From assembly GCA_038231155.1 (NCBI GenBank), contig JBBRLY010000013.1, forward strand, positions 196,305 through 260,304: a stretch of 64,000 bases of DNA, read 5' to 3'. This DNA comes from Candidatus Saccharimonadales bacterium (GTDB taxonomy: Bacteria; Patescibacteriota; Saccharimonadia; Saccharimonadales; JANWIN01). Below are positions 46,492 to 55,248 of the stretch, in pieces. The stretch's first letter is position 1. Each line of letters begins with the position of its first letter. The position numbers and the translations under genes were made by a program. A model generated the notes under the pieces. The model was not told where the DNA came from. It made no database searches and saw nothing but the letters and a program-made list of their open reading frames with translations.

Positions 46492-47292
46492 ATGAAAATA
46501 TATAGTTGGAATGTCAACGGGATTAGGGCTGTCTGGAATAAAGGATTGCTGCAAAAATTCTTAGCTGATCATCAGCCGGATATTTTAGCACTTCAAGAAA
46601 CTAAAGCTGTACAGGAACAATCTGAAGTGGATGCGCCACAATATAAAGAGTATTGGAATTCAGCTGAAAAGAAAGGCTATTCTGGTACAGCTATATTCAC
46701 TAAGGTCAAACCCTTGCAGGTCATTAATGGATTCCCAGAAGCTATAGTTAAGAAATATAAAGTCACTGGTGACGTCTATGGTGATCCAAATAAAGAAGGT
46801 CGAGTAATTGCTGCAGAATTTGACAAATTTTATCTTTTAACGGTCTATACACCCAATGCTAAGGATGATCTAAGTCGAGTACCGCTGCGTCATAAGCACT
46901 GGGATCCAGCTTTTTTGTCATACGCTAAACAACTAGAGAAGACAAAACCAGTGATTTTCACGGGCGATCTAAATGTTGCTTACACTCCCGATGACTTAGC
47001 TCGTCCCAAAGAAAATGAAGGTAAAAAGGGTTATACTAAAGAGGAAAGGGAAGGATTTCAAAACTTCATTAATGGCGGCTTTATTGACACATTTAGGCAG
47101 TTCAAGAAGGGAAATGGTTATTACAGTTGGTGGACTCACTGGGCAAATGCGCGGGCCCGGAACATTGGTTGGCGGATTGACTATATTATGGCCAGTAAGT
47201 TACTAAAAGAAAAAATTATATCAGCCCAAATTCACACAGATGTTATGGGCTCTGACCATTGCCCAATAAGCATTGAACTTTCTATTGACTAA
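46492..47292 (+). CDS. xth: exodeoxyribonuclease III (AP endonuclease)
   Basis: MKIYSWNVNGIR, LQETK, GDLNVA and SDHCPI. ATG 46492 lies 7 nt after TATAAT at 46479-46484. The track starts at 46483. Confidence 0.9.
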   Translation: MKIYSWNVNGIRAVWNKGLLQKFLADHQPDILALQETKAVQEQSEVDAPQYKEYWNSAEKKGYSGTAIFTKVKPLQVINGFPEAIVKKYKVTGDVYGDPNKEGRVIAAEFDKFYLLTVYTPNAKDDLSRVPLRHKHWDPAFLSYAKQLEKTKPVIFTGDLNVAYTPDDLARPKENEGKKGYTKEEREGFQNFINGGFIDTFRQFKKGNGYYSWWTHWANARARNIGWRIDYIMASKLLKEKIISAQIHTDVMGSDHCPISIELSID

Positions 47293-47322
47293 ATCTAATC
47301 TCTATGTATTACTATAGAACTT

Positions 47323-48003
47323 ATGATACTATCTGTAGAAACCGAGAGTGCGGCGCCTGGTCCTGAATTTGTTGGAAGCGTAACAGGTAATGTTTTTGAT
47401 ACACTTGCCGATCAAATACAACCAGGAAAAGAGCTTGAAGGTAGATGCAGCCCAGAATTTTTATTAGATCCTCCCTATAAAACAGTTAACAATAGTGCCG
47501 CTAACAAAGTTATCCAAACAATAGTTCCAATTTCTCAAGCGGCATTGAGTTTTTATGATAATCAACTGGGTTATAGCTCAACTGAAGTAGAATATTCTAT
47601 TTCTAATCTTAAAGGGATTAAGCCTTTTTTCCGTTCAAATAGTGTTTGGCATAGAGATCTTAATTTCCCGACTGAGCTTACATTTGTTTCAGCTAATATT
47701 CGCCCAACTCAGTTTGCAGAAGGTCGTGGTATCAATGGACTGGAAATTACACCTAACTGTATACTACCAATACTGGTAAATGGTTTGATAATGGCTGGAA
47801 GACTTCACGTGACCCAAGCCAGTGCCGGAGACATATTGGCTTTTGACTCTTTTGCAATTCATAAGCGACCAACTGTTCACGATAATACCGACAGTCCCAA
47901 TATTAGAATAAATATGCGAGTACACTCAACTCCAGAAACAAATAATATTTTAAACAGTTACCAACGTAGGCAATTTTTATTTGGCTATAAAAAGTATCAA
48001 TAA
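47323..48003 (+). CDS. hypothetical protein (possible Fe(II)/2OG-dioxygenase-like fold)
   Basis: 226 aa. WHRD (HxD) and a distal FAIHKRP could form a facial triad. This is a weak call. Confidence 0.45.
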   Translation: MILSVETESAAPGPEFVGSVTGNVFDTLADQIQPGKELEGRCSPEFLLDPPYKTVNNSAANKVIQTIVPISQAALSFYDNQLGYSSTEVEYSISNLKGIKPFFRSNSVWHRDLNFPTELTFVSANIRPTQFAEGRGINGLEITPNCILPILVNGLIMAGRLHVTQASAGDILAFDSFAIHKRPTVHDNTDSPNIRINMRVHSTPETNNILNSYQRRQFLFGYKKYQ

Positions 48004-48026
48004 ATTATAGTGCTAAACTAAAAGAT

Positions 48027-48746
48027 ATGGTAACGGGGCGCAGATTTGCTGTTTTTGATATCGATGGAACTTTAGTTAGATGGCAATTGTACCATGCCGT
48101 AGCTGATGCTCTAGCAAAACAAGGTTTAATTGATTCTAAAACTTACCGGGTCATTCTTAACGCTCGCATGCAGTGGAAGCAACGCTCCCATAAAGAAGCC
48201 TTTAAAGACTATGAACGACAATTAGTCAAGGTCTACGAGCAATTATTAAAAAGCTTGAGTATCGAACAGTTTAATTCAGCGACTAATAGCGTATTTGAAG
48301 AATATAAAGACCAGGTTTACACCTACACACGCAATCTTATTAGTCAGCTTAAACAAAATGGTTACTTGTTATTTGCGATCTCCGGATCCCAGACTGAAAT
48401 TGTCGAAAAAATCGCAAAGTATTATGATTTTGACGACTATGTTGGTAGTAACTATGAACGCCAAGGCAGTGGTTTCAGTGGTCAGAAAATTACTCATCTT
48501 AGCGATAAACATAAAGTATTAGAAGATTTGCTGTCTAAACATCAAGTAACTTGGGCTAAAAGTATTGCAGTAGGTGATAGCGCCAGCGATATATCGATGC
48601 TCGAAATGGTAGAAGAACCGATTGCCTTTAACCCCGAAAAGAAATTATTTGACCAGGCCCGCCAAAAAGGTTGGAAAGTTGTAATTGAACGTAAAAATAT
48701 GGTATATGAATTAAACTTAAGACATGGGAAATACCTACTGGCATAA
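48027..48746 (+). CDS. HAD-superfamily hydrolase (SerB-like subfamily IB)
   Basis: Motif I FDIDGTL, motif II ISGS, motif III/IV K...GDSASDISML. Confidence 0.8.
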   Translation: MVTGRRFAVFDIDGTLVRWQLYHAVADALAKQGLIDSKTYRVILNARMQWKQRSHKEAFKDYERQLVKVYEQLLKSLSIEQFNSATNSVFEEYKDQVYTYTRNLISQLKQNGYLLFAISGSQTEIVEKIAKYYDFDDYVGSNYERQGSGFSGQKITHLSDKHKVLEDLLSKHQVTWAKSIAVGDSASDISMLEMVEEPIAFNPEKKLFDQARQKGWKVVIERKNMVYELNLRHGKYLLA

Positions 48747-49518
48747 ACAGATCGATGAAAAGCCGCTATTTCCAGACTTACTTTGGAGTAAACCCGAAAC
48801 TAGACGCACCGCTGGTAAGCTATTAATTATCGGTGGAAATGTCCATGGCTTTGCGGCTGTCGGTCAAGCTTATACGCAGTCTGGTGCAGCTGGTGTCGGT
48901 GTGGTTAGGGTAATTCTGCCAGATGTGCTTAAAAAAACTGTTAGTCTATTGCTACCCGAAGCTAACTTCGCGGCTTCTACCCCAAGTGGTAGCTTCGCTC
49001 AACAAGCTTTAGCGCAGTTAATAGATCAAGCAACTTGGGCTGACGCAGTACTACTGGCAGGCGATCTAGGTCGTAATAGTGAAACAGCTATACTACTTGA
49101 AAAACTTATTAGTAAATATAGTGGCCAATTAACAATAACAAAAGATGCCATGGACTATTTTACAAGCTCACCCAACAGTCTGGTATACCGTAGTAATACT
49201 ACACTTGTCTTAACTATGGCTCAATTGCAAAAGCTTGGTCGATCGGCAAAATTTGATACGGCGTTTAAGTTCGATATGGATGTCATTCGACTAATTGAAA
49301 GTTTGCATGACTTTACTCTACAATTTAAATCGCATTTAATAATAAAACAGTTAGATACAATATTTGTAGCCGTCGATGGTCGGGTCTCTACCACTAAAAC
49401 TAAGTTAGGCCCAGAAGATGTTTGGCGACTTCCAGTTGCTGCTAAAGCTGCGGTTTGGTGGTTACAAAACCCAACCAAAGCATTTGAAGCACTAACAACT
49501 TCAATTGTCGATCATTAA
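48724..49518 (+). CDS. YjeF C-terminal / NAD(P)H-hydrate dehydratase-like carbohydrate kinase family protein
   Basis: GKLLIIGGNVHGFAAVGQAYTQSGAAGVGVVRVILP, AVLLAGDLGRNSET and ITKDAM resemble family blocks. It overlaps the upstream gene by 23 nt. Confidence 0.55.
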   Translation: MGNTYWHKQIDEKPLFPDLLWSKPETRRTAGKLLIIGGNVHGFAAVGQAYTQSGAAGVGVVRVILPDVLKKTVSLLLPEANFAASTPSGSFAQQALAQLIDQATWADAVLLAGDLGRNSETAILLEKLISKYSGQLTITKDAMDYFTSSPNSLVYRSNTTLVLTMAQLQKLGRSAKFDTAFKFDMDVIRLIESLHDFTLQFKSHLIIKQLDTIFVAVDGRVSTTKTKLGPEDVWRLPVAAKAAVWWLQNPTKAFEALTTSIVDH

Positions 49519-49519
49519 A

Positions 49520-49606
49520 TGGTGGGCAGGGAGGGACTTGAACCCTCATGTTGTTGCCAACACTGGATTTTGAGTCCAGCGCGTCTACCAATTCCGCCAC
49601 CCGCCC
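49520..49606 (-). tRNA. tRNA-Leu (CAA), CCA encoded
   Basis: The reverse complement folds with acceptor GGGCGGG/CCTGCCC (one G-U pair), anticodon stem-loop CTGGA-CTCAAAA-TCCAG, a long variable arm and T arm GAGGG-TTCAAGT-CCCTC. Confidence 0.9.
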
Positions 49607-49682
49607 GAATGGTTTACCTCTGTATAGTCGTAGTAGAACAGAGATAATTATAATATACTTATGGTGAACTCTCTAGCAACTC

Positions 49683-50903
49683 ATGGATCCCAAAGACAAA
49701 ACCACCCAGCAGTCTAATCGCGACCAAGAAAAAGCTCAAGCTCAGCAGGCCGCTAATTTAATACGTCAAAAACTAGATAGCTTGTATGACGACGAACCTG
49801 ACGCCAAGCAAGAAGCAAAGGAGGCAGACCAGGCTAAGCACCGTTCTAAACATCAGCAATTTATTTATCATCTAACAAATTCTGGGAAAACTTTAGCTGA
49901 AATTCAAACCAAGTGGCATGAGTACTATACAAACTTGAGTGATCTAGAAAAACAACAAGTTTGGGATGAGTTTTACCAGCAAAACCAACACGCCAAACCG
50001 GTAGTGCAGCATCAGCCGGTAATGCAGCTTCCCGTCGCGACAACCGATAAAGCCCATGTTTTTGACACTGGACCAGAAACTATCGATACTACTAAACCAC
50101 ATAAATACCAACCTGCGCACCGAAAACGCACAGTTACTCAGGTAAAGCGGCAACTACTGGGTGCCGTCGATGCAAGACATAAGCTAAAGGCTAAGCAGCA
50201 TTTCCAGTCCCTAGTCTTCGGGTTAGGCATGGGGGCGCTTGTAATACTAATCTTGTTATTTAGTTTCTTTAACGAACGCTTTATTGCGCCTTTTATAACA
50301 CCTAGCCGTCACGTTAGTTCGACGCCAATTATTGTTGATCCTGGTTCGGTCGCTGTCGGTCCAAATCCAGAAGTTATTATTCCCAAAATAAACGTTGAAA
50401 TACCTGTGGTCTACGACGAGCCATCAATCGCTGACGCGGCTGTACAAACAGCTCTGCAAAGAGGTGTAGTGCACTATGCTACTACCCCAAGCCCTGGCGA
50501 AAAAGGCAATTTAGTAATTTTTGGACACTCAAGTAATAACATATTCAATCCTGGTAAATATAAATTTGCTTTTGTTCTACTGAGTCGATTAAGTAATGGT
50601 GATCTTTTTTATTTAACTAAGAATGGTAAACTGTACGCTTATAAAGTTTACAAAAAAGAGATTGTCGAACCAAACGACGTGGCGGTACTTACAAGTTCAG
50701 ACAGAACAGCCTCAGCCAGCTTAATAACTTGTGATCCACCTGGCACATCGCTTCATCGACTAGTAGTTACTGGTGAGCAAATTAGTCCTGATCCAGCTGC
50801 TGATTCAACTAGTACAGCTATTAGAACTAACGTCCAACCAGCTGTCTTACCGAGTAATGCTCCGTCGTTATGGAGTCGATTTAAGGGTTGGTTAAGTCAC
50901 TAA
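49683..50903 (+). CDS. sortase with a long charged N-terminal cytoplasmic extension
   Basis: 406 aa. About 185 aa of Gln/Lys/Asp-rich sequence, a TM helix, then a sortase domain (IIPKINVEIPVVYD, VIFGHSS, LITCDPPG, HRLVV). Confidence 0.8.
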   Translation: MDPKDKTTQQSNRDQEKAQAQQAANLIRQKLDSLYDDEPDAKQEAKEADQAKHRSKHQQFIYHLTNSGKTLAEIQTKWHEYYTNLSDLEKQQVWDEFYQQNQHAKPVVQHQPVMQLPVATTDKAHVFDTGPETIDTTKPHKYQPAHRKRTVTQVKRQLLGAVDARHKLKAKQHFQSLVFGLGMGALVILILLFSFFNERFIAPFITPSRHVSSTPIIVDPGSVAVGPNPEVIIPKINVEIPVVYDEPSIADAAVQTALQRGVVHYATTPSPGEKGNLVIFGHSSNNIFNPGKYKFAFVLLSRLSNGDLFYLTKNGKLYAYKVYKKEIVEPNDVAVLTSSDRTASASLITCDPPGTSLHRLVVTGEQISPDPAADSTSTAIRTNVQPAVLPSNAPSLWSRFKGWLSH

Positions 50904-50904
50904 T

Positions 50905-52383
50905 TTATTTAACGATCATCTCAGTACGAACTAAGGCGTAGCGATTTGGTGCACTAATCGATGGAGCAATATTGTACAGGGCGTCGTAATTACGGTTAAA
51001 GTATGGGTCAAAACTAGCTAACGACGGTGATAACTGTTTCTGATTAATACCATCAAAATCATAGACCAGCGTTTTATTATCGGCCACCAGCATTAAACGG
51101 TGACCATCCATCCAGGTTGCTTTACTGGTAATTGGTACACTCTCTGGTAGTTTATAACGAAATCGACGGTCTGTATCAATATCGTAAACTGTAAAATTCG
51201 GGCCATTTTGAGCCGCAATAAACCTAGTATTTGCCGAAAAAGAGATGAACTGTGGGTTAATTATTTTAAGCACTCTAAACGGAAAAGCATTATGACCGCT
51301 TTTGGCTAAACTGAGTGGGTTTGAATAAATATAAACTTCCCCAGCTGAGTCAGAGCTTATAACACCGTAGGTTGTTCCATTATAATTTGCCATATTGAGC
51401 TGGTAGTTACCGGTAGCAGGATAATTGTGTAGTAAATAACTTTTACTTCCATCCCACAATTTAATTGAGTACTTTCCCTCGGGGCTATTCAGACTAGTTA
51501 AGTACAGCAATGTATCGGCACCATAGGCTTTAAAGGTAATGATTTTATCTAAAATAGGCACGACTTGTTTATTTTTTAGATCTGCAGTTGATAAAACCTG
51601 AGTTTTAGCATCATATAAATAAAGACGATCAAAGCGTTTATCCCGTAGACTTATATCCGACGGATTAACGGCTAATAGTTTATTAATATTGATAGAATCT
51701 GCGGGGCTGGCTCTATCTACCATTATAAATTCATAGGTACCATTAAAACTATGTTTAAGTACCAGGTGCCGATTATCCGTTGACCATTCAACTACGGATA
51801 GACTTTGCGGGCCCGATGCTGAACTCAATAAATCTGTCGGCAAATCAAATTGACTCTGAGTATTTTGAGTTTGGGAAATATCATATTGATCAAAGTGATT
51901 CAAGTTACCTGGGAGTTGATCTAATAACCAATGGCGGTCTGGGCTTAAACTAGCTAGAACTGGAGGGCTTATATACAGCTGTTGATCGGCTGATACTAAT
52001 TTTGAAGGGAACAAAAAAGGGTAGACAAGTTGTTCAATACTACCGCCTACTAAACTTACGGTCTTGGACCAAGTTTGATAACCAGCTTGTTTTAGCTCAA
52101 TAGTATAGTTTGCTGCTGGCATTACTAGTTTCAGTGATGTGCGGCCTTTACTTACTCCATTGACAGTAACTTCGGCCGATACGGGGTGAGAGTCTAAAAA
52201 TACCAGTCCGTTTTGAATAACCTTGCCAGTCCGCCGATCCACGTCATAACCATAAGACTGCAGAAGCAAAATTAGAGATGCCAGTGAAATAGCAATTGCT
52301 ACTAAAATATAGCCTAAGAAGAGTCTTATATTTTGAGATCTTTTTTTTGAGGGATCTAAAAAATCCATAGTTAACCTATTCAA
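50905..52383 (-). CDS. PEGA-domain protein with a beta-propeller-like C-terminal region
   Basis: 492 aa with an N-terminal TM and a PEGA block (VSAEVTVNGVSKGRTSLKLVMPAANYTIELKQAGYQTW), followed by repetitive beta-rich sequence. Confidence 0.68.
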   Translation of the reverse strand: MNRLTMDFLDPSKKRSQNIRLFLGYILVAIAISLASLILLLQSYGYDVDRRTGKVIQNGLVFLDSHPVSAEVTVNGVSKGRTSLKLVMPAANYTIELKQAGYQTWSKTVSLVGGSIEQLVYPFLFPSKLVSADQQLYISPPVLASLSPDRHWLLDQLPGNLNHFDQYDISQTQNTQSQFDLPTDLLSSASGPQSLSVVEWSTDNRHLVLKHSFNGTYEFIMVDRASPADSININKLLAVNPSDISLRDKRFDRLYLYDAKTQVLSTADLKNKQVVPILDKIITFKAYGADTLLYLTSLNSPEGKYSIKLWDGSKSYLLHNYPATGNYQLNMANYNGTTYGVISSDSAGEVYIYSNPLSLAKSGHNAFPFRVLKIINPQFISFSANTRFIAAQNGPNFTVYDIDTDRRFRYKLPESVPITSKATWMDGHRLMLVADNKTLVYDFDGINQKQLSPSLASFDPYFNRNYDALYNIAPSISAPNRYALVRTEMIVK

Positions 52384-52561
52384 TATTCTATAGCATAAAC
52401 AAGAATTTAGAAGTTTGTAAATAATTTAGCTTGAACCTTTTGAAATAAAGGGGATTCAAACTTTTTTAAAGACTATTTTTAGCTTGTTATTTAACCATTA
52501 GGATAGTAATATGACTAGAGATTAGATAAGGCCTGGGCTTACTAACAGGTAATAAATCAAA

Positions 52562-53686
52562 ATGGGCAAACAAAATTCAATAGCGTTAAATGGCAAGTCG
52601 TTCGACGTAATTACCGGGTTACCTATCGGTAAGACAGTTGATCAGTCCGTTAAGCATTCGGACCAACTCAAATATATTGACGGGGTGCGAAGAACTTCTG
52701 TAATTAACCAGAATCAGATGTCAACTAAAAAGGATTTAAAGTTAGACAAATCTAGTGTATTTGTAAAACATTTAGGGCAAAATTCTGGTAAAGTTCACTT
52801 GGGTCGCGAACACACTAAAACCCTTATGCGTTCTAGTGTTTCTAGACCTAAGTCTGTTGGACCTAAAAGCCTAGCAACTAGGCTTGACGCCGACAATAAA
52901 GCTATAGACCCAAGCTCTGGTATCATAAGCTTAACTTCAAAAATTGTGGCCAATCGATACAGGCGCGCTAAAGACATTCCAAAAAACAAACATATCAGTC
53001 GATTCAAAGACCTAAATTCTGAACCAACTTTAGTTAAAAAAACAGCTGTTTTAGATGTGCAGACGCAGTCTCACCAGACCCCGAGTAGTCACATTACACC
53101 ACTAGCTGAACTATCTGTTAGTCCGGCTAGCGATCTATTTACAAAAGCTTTAGCCCAAGCAAATTCCCATGAGCAAAAGTTATCAAAGTCAAACCACTCA
53201 GCTTATAAAGCTAACAAGAAGAGCATGACTAAAAAAATTGTAAATATTGGTGCACCAATACTAATTGTTGTATTACTGGGGGGTTTTATAGCCTACCAAA
53301 ACGTAACAAACATTGCTATGCGCGCCGCTGTTAGTAAAGCCGGGATTCATGCTTCCTTGCCTGGTTATAGTCCTTCAGGCTTTGCAATTAGCCGGCAGAT
53401 TAAAGCTACGCCAGGACAAATTGTCATCAATCTTCATTCCAATAGTGACGATCGTAATTTCAGCATTAGCCAAACGGCCTCTAATTGGAATAGTCAGACG
53501 CTATTAAATGACTACGTGGCAACTAAAGACCAAGGCTTTGAGCAGCATAATCAAGCAAATGGAAAGACTATATTTACGTATGGTGACGCAAACGCTACTT
53601 GGGTAGATGGAGGCATTTGGTACAAAATTGAAGGAAACTCAACACTTAATTCTGACCAGTTACTTAAAATCGCCAATAGTTTTTAA
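52562..53686 (+). CDS. single-pass membrane protein, function unknown
   Basis: 374 aa with a basic disordered N-terminal half, one TM helix (IVNIGAPILIVVLLGGFIAY) and a roughly 130-aa extracytoplasmic domain. Confidence 0.55.
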   Translation: MGKQNSIALNGKSFDVITGLPIGKTVDQSVKHSDQLKYIDGVRRTSVINQNQMSTKKDLKLDKSSVFVKHLGQNSGKVHLGREHTKTLMRSSVSRPKSVGPKSLATRLDADNKAIDPSSGIISLTSKIVANRYRRAKDIPKNKHISRFKDLNSEPTLVKKTAVLDVQTQSHQTPSSHITPLAELSVSPASDLFTKALAQANSHEQKLSKSNHSAYKANKKSMTKKIVNIGAPILIVVLLGGFIAYQNVTNIAMRAAVSKAGIHASLPGYSPSGFAISRQIKATPGQIVINLHSNSDDRNFSISQTASNWNSQTLLNDYVATKDQGFEQHNQANGKTIFTYGDANATWVDGGIWYKIEGNSTLNSDQLLKIANSF

Positions 53687-53790
53687 CGAAAGCACTAAAT
53701 TATAGGAATTTTTCATTATATTAGGTAGAAAGCGAAGCTAACACATAGGTTCGCATACAAACAATTACAATCTGTTAGAATACTAATTAT

Positions 53791-55248
53791 ATGAAAGTGG
53801 TTAGAACTCGCTTTGCTCCTAGTCCAACTGGCTTTTTACATGTCGGTGGAATTCGAACAGCCTTATTTAATTACTTACTTGCAAATCAAAGAGGCGGACA
53901 ATTTATTCTACGATTAGAAGACACTGATCGCCAGCGGTTTGTGCCAGAAGCTATTGAACAGATTGTGGATGGCTTGGCTTGGCTAGGCTTAAAGCCTGAT
54001 GATGGATTTTGGATAAGCGGAGGAACGCCTCAAAATATTGACTACATTCAATCTAACCGACAAAAGAGCGGAACTTACCAAAAACTTGCTGATAAGTTGG
54101 TAGGTGACGGATTGGCTTACTACTCACCAACTACTACTAAAGAGTTAGAAAATTTAAGACTCCAAGCTAGTAAAGCCAAAAAACCATTTTTATACCGACG
54201 AGTTATAGATGGTAATAATTCCGATAAACTATTGCCAAACGTACCAATTCGTTTAAATATTGAGGCTCTTAAACGGACAAATGTTGAATGGCAAGATGAA
54301 ATCCGTGGTAAGTTTGCCGATTCTTTGACAAACATTGAAGACTTTATAATTATCAAAAGTGATGGATTCCCAACTTATAATTTTGCCAATGTAATTGATG
54401 ATCACCAAATGAACATCAGTCATATTATCCGCGGTGAAGAATTTATTAGCTCTACTGGTAAATATGGCTTACTGTATGACATTTTTAAATGGAACCGACC
54501 AAAATTTATTCATTTGCCGGTTATTAATGGATCAGATGGTAAGAAGTTGTCCAAACGAACTGGCGATACTAATGTGCTGGAATATAGGGACAAAGGTTAT
54601 TTACCAGAGGCTCTACTAAACTTTTTGGCTCTTTTAGGTTGGAATCCAGGTGATGGCAGTACTCAAGAAATATTTTCGAGAGATGAATTGGTTAAAGCTT
54701 TTAGTCTTAAAGCTGTTAATAAAAGTCCAGCAATCTTTGATCAGAAAAGACTTGATTGGATAAACGGGCAATATATTCGTCAGCTGACTATAGACAAGTT
54801 ATTTGTTTTAAGTCAGAGCTTTTGGCCAAAGCAATCAAAACATTTTGACGACAGTTATAAAAAAGCAGTTTTGGCGTTAGTTCAGGAGCGCTTAAAATTT
54901 CTAGCAGAACTACCGCAACTTACAAATTTCTTTTTTGAAGATCTGCCGATTGACCACAAATTAATTACAAATCATAAACAATTAAGCAAACTTTCTAAAG
55001 ACGAACTAAAAAGCTTTCTACGCAGTGCTAAGCAAATACTTTTAAAAAGTGATTTTTCAGTTACCGACTTAACAAACAAATTAAATGAACTATTAAAGAT
55101 AACTGGTCAAAAACCTGTGGTTTTATTTAGTCTAATTCGGATTGCTAGCACCCAAGCTTCAGCTTCACCTCAACTTGCTGATACCTTGGCAGTTTTAGGC
55201 AAAGAACGTAGCCTTAAGCGTATTGAAAGTACAGTTAACGAAGTCTAA
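53791..55248 (+). CDS. gltX: glutamate--tRNA ligase
   Basis: RFAPSPTGFLHVGGIRTALFNY (HIGH region) and KLSKR (KMSKS). 485 aa. Confidence 0.93.
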   Translation: MKVVRTRFAPSPTGFLHVGGIRTALFNYLLANQRGGQFILRLEDTDRQRFVPEAIEQIVDGLAWLGLKPDDGFWISGGTPQNIDYIQSNRQKSGTYQKLADKLVGDGLAYYSPTTTKELENLRLQASKAKKPFLYRRVIDGNNSDKLLPNVPIRLNIEALKRTNVEWQDEIRGKFADSLTNIEDFIIIKSDGFPTYNFANVIDDHQMNISHIIRGEEFISSTGKYGLLYDIFKWNRPKFIHLPVINGSDGKKLSKRTGDTNVLEYRDKGYLPEALLNFLALLGWNPGDGSTQEIFSRDELVKAFSLKAVNKSPAIFDQKRLDWINGQYIRQLTIDKLFVLSQSFWPKQSKHFDDSYKKAVLALVQERLKFLAELPQLTNFFFEDLPIDHKLITNHKQLSKLSKDELKSFLRSAKQILLKSDFSVTDLTNKLNELLKITGQKPVVLFSLIRIASTQASASPQLADTLAVLGKERSLKRIESTVNEV

